From a virus (taxonomy: Duplodnaviria > Caudoviricetes): a stretch of DNA of 29,939 nucleotides. The DNA lies in the IMG/VR virus record IMGVR_UViG_3300030372_001041, positions 1 through 29,939 of that record. The stretch is one strand, 5' to 3'. How positions within the stretch are numbered: the stretch's first letter is position 1; each line of letters opens with the position of its first letter. The position numbers were made by a program, and so were the translations under genes. Under the pieces are notes generated by a model that was not told where the DNA came from, ran no database searches, and saw only the letters and a list, made by a program, of their open reading frames with translations. Positions 1 through 8,568 of this stretch are shown in pieces.

Positions 1-101
1 ACGCTTCCTAATACTGGTTCAGGCCCAATAAAAATAGGTGATAGATTTCAAATAGATGTAGAAGGCGTATTAAGTAAAAACATTACATTTGCTGGCGATA
101 C
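1..101 (+). repeat. Terminal direct repeat, left copy (circular assembly overlap)
   Basis: 1-101 equals 29839-29939 except G at 3 vs A at 29841 (ACG/ACA, both Thr). The reading frame is continuous across the join. Confidence 0.97.
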
Positions 102-1644
102 GGGCTCAGCGCAACAATCTTCTACAATAGAAAACATAAGAAAAAATTTACAAGATATGCCTATTTTTGGCGATGATGGTATTGTAGTTACAAGGACAGG
201 ATCATTTCAATATACAATTACATTAGATGGAAATTCATCAGGAACTTATGAGTTATTTACTGGATTTTTTACTAGCGGTCAAGGCACAGATGAAATTACA
301 TTTACACAAACTGCGGCTGGTGTTCCTAGATCGGAAGATGTATGGTCAGATACAAGAGGATATCCAAGAACAGCGACATTTTTTCAAGGCAGACTTTGGT
401 TTGGTGGCAGTAAATCAAAACGTCAGAGTGTTTTTGCATCAAGGGCTGGATCGTTTTTTGATTTCTTTACAGAAGAAGGCGATGATGATGAAGGTATATT
501 TGTCACAATATCTGCAAGAAATTTGACAGAAATAGTAGATATCAATCCAGATAGAGGATTACAGATATTTACATCAGGTGCAGAGTTTTTGCTTACAGGC
601 AATACACCAGCAACAGTATCTATAAAAGCACAAACACAGCATGGTTCAAAGTTTTTAGAAGCTAAATCTTTAGATGGTGCTACGTTATTTGTAGATAAAA
701 ACGGAAAGACATTAAGACAATATTTATATAACTACAACGAAGATGCATACAATTCGGTTGACATATCGGTGCTTTCTTCTCATTTAATTGATAGCCCATT
801 AGATGTTGGAATATTGAGTGGCTCAACAACAGAAGATGCAAACTATGTAATTGTAATTAATCAAGATGGTTCTGCTGCAATACTTAATACCTTAAGATCA
901 CAAGATATAAATGGATTTACAAAGTGGACAAACGGAGATACTAATACTGTATATCCTTTAAAACTTGTTTCTACATCTACAGTCAATAATATTTTATTTT
1001 TTGTAAACGAAAGAACTACTGATACAACAACAACTTATACTATTGAAATGTGGAATCAAGATAGACTTTTAGATTCAAGTGTTAAAATTACAGAAAATGT
1101 TTTAGTTCCTGAAGGTGCACAACAAGTTATTTTGCAAACGGATCATTTAACAGGATTTACTGTAAGTGTTGTAGCAAGAGGTGTAACTTTATCCAATCGT
1201 GTAGTTCAGCCAATTTCAGGGACTGATAATAATGGAAAGTTAATTATTACTGAAGAAGAAGAAACTTTTATAAGAGCATCAGGTTCTACTGTAGATGTTG
1301 AAGTTGGATTTAACTTTACACCTAAAATAAAGTCTATGCCTTTAAATACAACGGCAGGTAATATTGCTGGTCAAAATCAAATGAGAGACAAAAAGATTAC
1401 ACGCATGAATTTACGTGTATTTGAAACATCAGGGGTGGTTATAGATGGTAATCCTGTGCCTATAAGACAGTTTGGCACATCATCTAACTCACCACTTGAT
1501 AGCGATTTACCTAAGTTGACAGGTGTTATACAAGACAATAACGGTGGTAATGGTTGGAATATAGAAGTAGTACCAGAGATAACTGTGCCTAATCCTACAC
1601 CATTTCACGTACAAGCTATTGAATATGAAGTACAATCTTCCTAA
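1..1644 (+). CDS. Tail tubular protein B / nozzle (T7 gp12-like), 3' part of a gene that starts at 28654 and wraps the join (~942 aa in total)
   Basis: Frame 1 is open from base 1, so the 157 start in the track is internal. Motifs WSDTRGYPRTATFFQGRLWFGG, QIFTSGAEF and DISVLSSHL fit this family, as does the position after tubular protein A. Confidence 0.88.
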   Translation, partial: TLPNTGSGPIKIGDRFQIDVEGVLSKNITFAGDTGSAQQSSTIENIRKNLQDMPIFGDDGIVVTRTGSFQYTITLDGNSSGTYELFTGFFTSGQGTDEITFTQTAAGVPRSEDVWSDTRGYPRTATFFQGRLWFGGSKSKRQSVFASRAGSFFDFFTEEGDDDEGIFVTISARNLTEIVDINPDRGLQIFTSGAEFLLTGNTPATVSIKAQTQHGSKFLEAKSLDGATLFVDKNGKTLRQYLYNYNEDAYNSVDISVLSSHLIDSPLDVGILSGSTTEDANYVIVINQDGSAAILNTLRSQDINGFTKWTNGDTNTVYPLKLVSTSTVNNILFFVNERTTDTTTTYTIEMWNQDRLLDSSVKITENVLVPEGAQQVILQTDHLTGFTVSVVARGVTLSNRVVQPISGTDNNGKLIITEEEETFIRASGSTVDVEVGFNFTPKIKSMPLNTTAGNIAGQNQMRDKKITRMNLRVFETSGVVIDGNPVPIRQFGTSSNSPLDSDLPKLTGVIQDNNGGNGWNIEVVPEITVPNPTPFHVQAIEYEVQSS

Positions 1645-1671
1645 TGATATAATTGAGATAGAGGTTTAAGA

Positions 1672-2142
1672 ATGTTCCAAATATTAGCATCATTGTTTAC
1701 AAAAAAAGTAGCAGCAGGTCTTGCAGTAGCAGGTATCGGAGCACAAGCATTTACTACCATTGAAGCTGGTAAAGCAGCAGAAGAAGCCGCAGATCGCAGA
1801 GCAGAAGAAGAAAGAATTGCTGCACAAGCAGAAGAACTTAAAAGAAGAGAAGAACTAAACAGAGTTCTAGCATCTAATATTTTATCTCAAGCTACATCTG
1901 GTATTGCAGCGGAAGGAACACCAGCAAGCCTAGCTTTAGAACAAGCAAAAACTATAGGTGAAAGTGAATCACTTATTGCTCTTACAAATAGATTGCGACA
2001 AAGAAATATAATTCAGTCAGGAAGAGATGCACGAAGGCAATCAAATTTAGGAGCAGTATCTACGTTATTGAAATCATCAGATGATTTGCAAGCTGCTTTT
2101 AAAACATTAGCAGACAATAAAGGAGACCAAGAAGGTCCTTAA
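1672..2142 (+). CDS. Putative small internal virion (ejection) protein
   Basis: 156 aa, Ala/Gly-rich hydrophobic N-terminus, coiled-coil centre and SGIAAEGTP motif. GAGG RBS. Lies directly after the nozzle gene. Confidence 0.65.
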   Translation: MFQILASLFTKKVAAGLAVAGIGAQAFTTIEAGKAAEEAADRRAEEERIAAQAEELKRREELNRVLASNILSQATSGIAAEGTPASLALEQAKTIGESESLIALTNRLRQRNIIQSGRDARRQSNLGAVSTLLKSSDDLQAAFKTLADNKGDQEGP

Positions 2143-2144
2143 TA

Positions 2145-3788
2145 ATGGCTATACAAAGAATAGAAAGATACGGTAAGTTTCAGCCCTCACCTATAGATGA
2201 GTCCAGGGTTCGCAGGATGGAGCAACTTGCAGGTCTTGCAGGTGGTATTGCTCAAACTGCTAGAGCATTTGGTGAAGCAAGAGCAGCAGAAGAAGCACCA
2301 GAAAAAGCACAAGCGGCAGTTGAAGAAGCTATACAAACAGACCCAGAAACAGGTGAAGTTACTTTTGGGGAGCTACCTGAAGCAAAAGGATATGGAGCAA
2401 GTGCAACAAATAAACTTGCTTTGTCTATTTATGATAGTTCTAAGTCAATTTATCTTGATGAAAAATTAGACGAATACGAACAATTACACCCAAATGATTT
2501 GCAGCAATTTACAGAAAAATCACAGGCCTTATTGCAAGAAATAACAGCAAATTCATCGCTTGAAACACGAACTAAATTACTTAAAGAATATTCTGCAAAA
2601 TTTAAAACATCATCAAAAAATATACAAAAAACCATCGATGATGAAGTTAAAGAAGCAGGAAAAGCATCTTATGTAACGTTAAAAGATCAATTTACAAAAG
2701 AATTAATTAAAGCATATCAAAATAATGATGAAGAGTTACAGCAAATACTTAAACAAAATTTTGCATTAACAATGGAACCATTTATTAAAAATGGCATAGT
2801 TACAGAAGATAAAGTGATACAAGATACACTTGATTTAGAAAACAAAAAAAATATTACTACTTTTAGGGCAAAAATTAATCAAATTGTTGATGATAAAGAT
2901 TTAGATATTGATGAAAGAACACAAGCATTTAATGAAGTAGAAGATAAATTATCTGAAATTATCAAAGATTACAGTGCTGAAGATCAAGAAACAGCAAGAA
3001 AATATTTAAAAACATCAAGGGCAGATGCTTTTAGCAGAGATAAAAGAAGACTAGAAGAATTAAAAATAGCAAGTTTTAAAGAGCAGATAGAAAATTATGA
3101 AGAAGTATCTTTATATATAGAAGATGATACCAAAAGTACAGAAGAAAAATTATTTTTTATAAATACACAAGAATTACGAGGACTTATTAACACAGAAAAA
3201 GCAAGTATTGCTAGAAGATATGTTACATCTGAAAAAGCTCTTAACGCTATTACAGACAATAAAATTTATGGGGACATAATTGATCGCATTTATGGTTTAA
3301 ATGCAGATTTATCTATTTCAGGACAAAATGCTGATTATTTAGAAGGTTTAGAAAATATTGATTTATACATAAAAACTGAAAGAGCAGATGGTAAATTAAA
3401 TAGAAATGATGAAGTAAAATTGCGAAGAGAAATGAAAAATTTAACTGCTGCTAAAAAAGCAGAAGCATTAAGCACTCTTTCTGTAAGTTACTACAAAGCT
3501 AATAGAATAATAAAAGAAAATGTGCGACCAGATTTAATGAATGTTGTCAGAGCAAGACTTTTTGAAAGGGTACAATCGGAAACACAAAAATTAGAAGAAG
3601 AAGGTAAAACAGTATCAAGATCTGAAATATCTGGGTTTTGGCAAAAATATGCATTATCTACTGCTACAGAAGTGAAAGAAGAAGAAAAAGAAAAAGCTAG
3701 AGAAAATATAACAAACACTTTAAATAAAAATATTAAACAAAATTACAATGTTATAAGGTTTGATGCTTCAGGCAACAGAATGCCCTAG
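2145..3788 (+). CDS. Putative internal virion (ejection) protein, alpha-helical
   Basis: 547 aa, charged helical composition, N-terminal LAGLAGGIAQ segment. Lies between two other ejection-type genes. Confidence 0.6.
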   Translation: MAIQRIERYGKFQPSPIDESRVRRMEQLAGLAGGIAQTARAFGEARAAEEAPEKAQAAVEEAIQTDPETGEVTFGELPEAKGYGASATNKLALSIYDSSKSIYLDEKLDEYEQLHPNDLQQFTEKSQALLQEITANSSLETRTKLLKEYSAKFKTSSKNIQKTIDDEVKEAGKASYVTLKDQFTKELIKAYQNNDEELQQILKQNFALTMEPFIKNGIVTEDKVIQDTLDLENKKNITTFRAKINQIVDDKDLDIDERTQAFNEVEDKLSEIIKDYSAEDQETARKYLKTSRADAFSRDKRRLEELKIASFKEQIENYEEVSLYIEDDTKSTEEKLFFINTQELRGLINTEKASIARRYVTSEKALNAITDNKIYGDIIDRIYGLNADLSISGQNADYLEGLENIDLYIKTERADGKLNRNDEVKLRREMKNLTAAKKAEALSTLSVSYYKANRIIKENVRPDLMNVVRARLFERVQSETQKLEEEGKTVSRSEISGFWQKYALSTATEVKEEEKEKARENITNTLNKNIKQNYNVIRFDASGNRMP

Positions 3789-3796
3789 GAAATTTT

Positions 3797-6700
3797 ATGC
3801 CAAGATATGCAGAATTAGCAAATGGTCAAATATTAGAATTTCCTGAGGAAACAACAGATGAAGTAATAGATCAATCTGTTAAAAATTTTCTTAAAGAATT
3901 TCAAAATCAACCAGATCAAAATATAGAAAGACTTGATGTTCCTTTTCAACAAAATTTACCAAGTATTTTGCAACAAAATGAAGCATCCATTAACAATGCA
4001 ATTACTTTTGATTCTTCAAAAGATGAAGGTCTTGATCTTATAGAAAATAGAGAAAATGAAAAACAACAAACAATTCAATTAGCTTATTCAAGATTCCCAA
4101 AACATACTGTTGACATGTGGCTTAACAATCCTATTGATATTGGTGAGGTAGGTGATTTTATAGATTGGTCGCAAGTATTACCTGGAGGGGGAATATATCA
4201 AGGTGGTCAAGCTGTAAATTTATTAAACATATCTGAAAAACTACGTGATGGTAAAGAAGTATCAATAGCAGATAAAAAAATATTAGATGATTGGCTAGAT
4301 AAAAGTATAGAAATGGAAGTTAGGGGATTAACATTTGGTGGCAAATTTAGATATTACGGATCACAACTTCCAGCTTTTATGACGGAATTTGCTCTTACAA
4401 GTCCTGTTGGAAAATCAGCTCAAATAGCAACAGTTGAAACAACTAAAAGACTTGTAAAAAATCGTGTATTTAATCAAGTGTCTGGTGCTGCGGCAAGAGT
4501 TGCAACTCAAAGTGCTTTGTTAATGCCAACTCAAGGATTTGAAGCATTTGGAAATATAAGACTTTCAGAGGGTCTTGAAATAACAGAAACAGGTCAATTA
4601 ATTTTTCGTGAAGCTAAAGAAACTCCTGCAATAAGTGCTCTTAAAGCGTATGGGTATCTAACGGCAGAAGTTGCAGCAGAGCTTTCAGGTTTTGCTTTAG
4701 CGTCAAAATTAAATAAATCAGTTCGTTATCAAAAAGGAAAAATATCACTTAAAAATGCAGCAATTACAAGTGTTAATAAATTACCTGCAAATTTAAAAGA
4801 TAATTTATATAAAGCATATCAATCAATTAAACCTAATGCAAAAATGTCAGAAGTTTTTGCAAGGGCAGGATGGAATGGAATGTTGATGGAACTAGGCGAA
4901 GAAAGAGTTGCAGACATTCTTAGAGAATCTGTTGATTTAACCTTAACTGAAGGTTACACAATGGCTGATGTTTTAGAAGGAATTACACCTGATTCAGAAC
5001 AATTATTACTTGAAGCTGGTTTAATAATGACTGTTGGAGGTGTCAAAGCAGGTGCATCTGCTGTTACAAATCTTTTGATCAATAAAGGTATGTCATCATT
5101 AGAAGCACAAGAAGCTACAAAACAATTAAGCACATTAGAACAAGATGCAATAGTAGATGAGCAGCTAAAAATTGATGACACTTCTTTAGAAAAAGAAGGG
5201 GTTGAAATAACTGTAGATGAAGCAATAGAGCAATCAGCAGAAAACATTAATAATCCAGCTCCTGATGTAACAACAAGCGGTCAACAAGAACAATTAAATG
5301 CGGGTAAAGAACCAGAAACAATAGCAGCTGATGAAAGTATATTTAGTGATTTTTATACAAAATGGGTTGATGATGTTTTTTCTTTTGTTGCTGTTGCAAG
5401 AGAAGCAGCTAAAAGAGGTAAAAAAAATATTTTAGAACAAAGTGTCCGTTTATATCAAGGCGTTACAGGAATGGCATTAAGTTCTTTAAATAATGGTACA
5501 TCAATCTTAAATGACAAAGGAGAACTAATACAAACAGGAAAAGGATTAAAACCAATATTAAATGATTTTGATTTTAATATTATGCAAATAGAATCAAATA
5601 GAAATATAAGAGAACGAGATTTAAACGAGTATTTAATAGCTCGTAGATATTTGCGAGATTTAAATGATAGAGAAGATGTTGAAGTAACTGATAAACAATC
5701 TGAAGAAGCCGTCAAAACTATGGCAAAAATTGCTAATAAGTATGGTGAAAATATTGTTTTTTTTGATACAACAGCACAAGAAATATATGACTATCAAGAC
5801 AGAATGTTGCAAATGTTAGTTTCTTTTGGGGTTATGTCAAAAGACAAATATGATGAAATAAAAAAAGCAAATCCAAACTATATTCCTTTTCAAAGAGTTA
5901 TGGATCAAGAATATGGAAAAGACTCTGGATTACAAACTTTGCAGTATAAAGGCAAACTTGCATTTGCAGGTAAAAAATTAAAACAAGTTATAAAAAAGAT
6001 ACAAGGTAGTGACAAAGAAATTATTAATCCTATTGAATCTATTATTAGAAATACGTTTAGAATTACTGATATAGCTTATCAAAATCGCGTGGTACAACAA
6101 CTTGTTGATTTAAAAGATGTAATGCCTGAATACATCAAAACTGCAAAACCAAAAATGAGAACAATAAAAGATCCAGAAACAGGCAAAAAAATATCAAGGC
6201 CCGCAGAAGTTCAGCCAGCAAACTTTATTACTGTTTTAGAAAAAGGAAAAACAAAATATTATGAAGTGCATCCTTCATTAGTTGAAGCAATGGCATCATT
6301 TTCTCCACAAGAAATTACAGGTCTTGGATGGTTGTTGAGTAGGCCAGCAGCTATTTTGCGCACTGGTGCAACTATTACACCAGAATTTATGGCTAGAAAT
6401 TTTATCAGAGATATACATGGTTCATATATTTTATCAAAAGGCAGACCAAATCCTTTTGATGTTGTAAAAGGATTATTTGCTCGTATTGCAAGAAATGATT
6501 TATATGAACAATGGAGAGCATCTGGAGCATCATTTAATAGTTACATGAATATGTCAGATAAAGGTGTTCAAAATGCTCATAAAGAAATTTTTAAAAATGG
6601 CGGAAAATTAAGTAGATATTTAAAAAGTCCAATTAGCTTACCAAATGATATAGGAATGGTTATTGAGCAATCAGTTAGAATTGCTGCTTATAATGCAGCT

Positions 6701-7876
6701 AAAAGAAAAGGTTTGACAGATTCTGAAGCTGCTTTTGAAGCAAGAGATGCAAGTCTTGATTTTGCAAGAGGAGGAACAGCAAGTAAATTTGTAAATAGAT
6801 ATATAGTTTTTTTTAATGCTGGTGTGCAGTCAGCAGACAAATTTTTTAGAGCTGCTAAAAATAATCCAAAAGCCTTAATCATGTATGGAGGCGCAACAAT
6901 AACTGTACCTCAAATTATTTTGACAGGTTACTATTTGCATTTTGCACCTGAAGATGAAAAGCAAGAATATTTAGAACATCCCGAATGGCAACGTGATTTA
7001 TTTTGGATTTTTAAAGTAGGTGATACTTGGAGAAGAGTGCCAAAGCCATTTACGGTAGGTTTTATTTTTGGCAGTAGCGTTGAAAGGATGATGATTTGGG
7101 CAGATTCTGAAAATATTCCAGAAGTAAAAGATATGGCTTTTGATTTAATGAGAGGAACAGTATCAGCTTTAAGTCCTGTTTATGACCCAAGTGCAGTATT
7201 ACCAAGTCCTATAAAAACAGTAATTGAAGATGTTACAAATTATAGTTTTTTTGGGGGAAGAAATCTTTATCCTGAATGGATGGATAGCCTTGATCCTGAG
7301 TTAAGAAAAACATCTGGAACATCAATGACAGCCGAAGAATTAGGAAAAGTTTTAAATTATTCTCCTGCTAAAATTGACAACATAATAAGAAATACATTTG
7401 CAACGTCAGGCCCATATATAACAGATGCAGGTGATTTTTTGTTAAAACAAGTAAAAGAATGGAATGGTGAAGAATTTGCAGAAGATCCTACAAGTCCAGT
7501 AGACATACCTTTACTTAGAGCTTTTGCTATGCGTAATCCAGAAGGATACATATCTCAAAGTTATAATGAGTTTAGTAAAACTTATAAATTAGTTAATCAA
7601 ATTGAAAATAGCAAAGAAGAATTTGAAGGTGAAAAAAGAATTAAATATGAGAAAGAAAATGAAATTCTTATAAGTGTAACGCCAATTTTTAAAATACAAG
7701 GAAAACAAATTAAAAAAATAGGCAAACAAAGAAAACGGGTTCAAGAAGATTTAGAAATGAGTGGAAAAGAAAAAGAACTTGAATTACTTGAATTAGATAA
7801 ACAAATAACAAACGCATCAAGAATTGCAAATCAAGCATTAATAGATGCTTTAGATGAAAGTATAAAAGATAAATAG
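3797..7876 (+). CDS. Large internal virion / DNA ejection protein with LPD38-like C-terminal region
   Basis: 1359 aa. Motifs NPNYIPFQRV, PEFMARNFIRD, ARDASLDFARGG, FFNAGVQ, HPEWQRDLFW..RVPKPF and TNYSFFGGRNL resemble large polyvalent/LPD38 proteins. Occupies the gp16-equivalent position. Confidence 0.72.
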   Translation: MPRYAELANGQILEFPEETTDEVIDQSVKNFLKEFQNQPDQNIERLDVPFQQNLPSILQQNEASINNAITFDSSKDEGLDLIENRENEKQQTIQLAYSRFPKHTVDMWLNNPIDIGEVGDFIDWSQVLPGGGIYQGGQAVNLLNISEKLRDGKEVSIADKKILDDWLDKSIEMEVRGLTFGGKFRYYGSQLPAFMTEFALTSPVGKSAQIATVETTKRLVKNRVFNQVSGAAARVATQSALLMPTQGFEAFGNIRLSEGLEITETGQLIFREAKETPAISALKAYGYLTAEVAAELSGFALASKLNKSVRYQKGKISLKNAAITSVNKLPANLKDNLYKAYQSIKPNAKMSEVFARAGWNGMLMELGEERVADILRESVDLTLTEGYTMADVLEGITPDSEQLLLEAGLIMTVGGVKAGASAVTNLLINKGMSSLEAQEATKQLSTLEQDAIVDEQLKIDDTSLEKEGVEITVDEAIEQSAENINNPAPDVTTSGQQEQLNAGKEPETIAADESIFSDFYTKWVDDVFSFVAVAREAAKRGKKNILEQSVRLYQGVTGMALSSLNNGTSILNDKGELIQTGKGLKPILNDFDFNIMQIESNRNIRERDLNEYLIARRYLRDLNDREDVEVTDKQSEEAVKTMAKIANKYGENIVFFDTTAQEIYDYQDRMLQMLVSFGVMSKDKYDEIKKANPNYIPFQRVMDQEYGKDSGLQTLQYKGKLAFAGKKLKQVIKKIQGSDKEIINPIESIIRNTFRITDIAYQNRVVQQLVDLKDVMPEYIKTAKPKMRTIKDPETGKKISRPAEVQPANFITVLEKGKTKYYEVHPSLVEAMASFSPQEITGLGWLLSRPAAILRTGATITPEFMARNFIRDIHGSYILSKGRPNPFDVVKGLFARIARNDLYEQWRASGASFNSYMNMSDKGVQNAHKEIFKNGGKLSRYLKSPISLPNDIGMVIEQSVRIAAYNAAKRKGLTDSEAAFEARDASLDFARGGTASKFVNRYIVFFNAGVQSADKFFRAAKNNPKALIMYGGATITVPQIILTGYYLHFAPEDEKQEYLEHPEWQRDLFWIFKVGDTWRRVPKPFTVGFIFGSSVERMMIWADSENIPEVKDMAFDLMRGTVSALSPVYDPSAVLPSPIKTVIEDVTNYSFFGGRNLYPEWMDSLDPELRKTSGTSMTAEELGKVLNYSPAKIDNIIRNTFATSGPYITDAGDFLLKQVKEWNGEEFAEDPTSPVDIPLLRAFAMRNPEGYISQSYNEFSKTYKLVNQIENSKEEFEGEKRIKYEKENEILISVTPIFKIQGKQIKKIGKQRKRVQEDLEMSGKEKELELLELDKQITNASRIANQALIDALDESIKDK

Positions 7877-7885
7877 TATAATCGG
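7877..7885 (+). promoter_or_regulatory. Putative late promoter -10 box TATAATCGG upstream of tail fibre genes
   Basis: Intergenic TATAATCGG. The same 9-mer occurs at 26823 (+) and 14996 (-). Confidence 0.5.
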
Positions 7886-7906
7886 CAAAATATATAGGGT
7901 TTTACA

Positions 7907-8551
7907 ATGACAGTATCACAATTAGTTACAAGAAATGACATTACTTCAACAAGTGGTCAGACAAGTTTTACGTATACTTTTCGTGTATTAGCTGCATCTG
8001 ATATGGAAGTTTATGTCAATGGAGTAAAACAAACGTCTGGTTTTACTGTAAACAATGTAGGTACTGTTACAGGCGGCACAGTAGTATTTAGTAGTGGTCA
8101 AACTAACGGACACGTAGTAAGTCTTGTATTAGCTATGCCACTTACTAGAACAACAGATTTTCAGAATAGCGGTGATTTTTTAGCATCAGATGTTAATGGT
8201 GACTTTGATAAAATGTATATAGGTGCTATTCAGAATGAAAATGGTATTGAGAGAAGTATTCATTTGCAAAATGTAGACCCTACACCAGAAGTAGGTGGTG
8301 TAAAAAAAGATATGGAACTGCCCCTAAAGGCAGATAGAGTAAACAAATTATTATCATTTGATTCAGATGGTTTGCCAGCAGCAACGGTTAGTTCTACTGC
8401 ATTATCGCTTATATCAAGCGGTACAGGCACACCAGAAGGATCAGTAACAGCATCGGTAGGTTCTATATTTTTAAGAACAGACGGTGGTTCAAACACAAGT
8501 TTTTACGTAAAAGAATCTGGATCAGGTAATACTGGTTGGGTTGCTAAATAA
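7907..8551 (+). CDS. Tail fibre adaptor (T7 gp17 N-terminal-like) ending in a short tailspike-type module
   Basis: N-terminal SGQTSFTYTFRVLAASDMEVYVNG...RTTDFQNSGDFLASDVNGDFD is typical of podovirus fibre anchors. Ends in GTGTPEGSVTASVGSIFLRTDGG...YVKESGSGNTGWVAK. Confidence 0.75.
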   Translation: MTVSQLVTRNDITSTSGQTSFTYTFRVLAASDMEVYVNGVKQTSGFTVNNVGTVTGGTVVFSSGQTNGHVVSLVLAMPLTRTTDFQNSGDFLASDVNGDFDKMYIGAIQNENGIERSIHLQNVDPTPEVGGVKKDMELPLKADRVNKLLSFDSDGLPAATVSSTALSLISSGTGTPEGSVTASVGSIFLRTDGGSNTSFYVKESGSGNTGWVAK

Positions 8552-8568
8552 CAAAGTAGGTTGATGCT

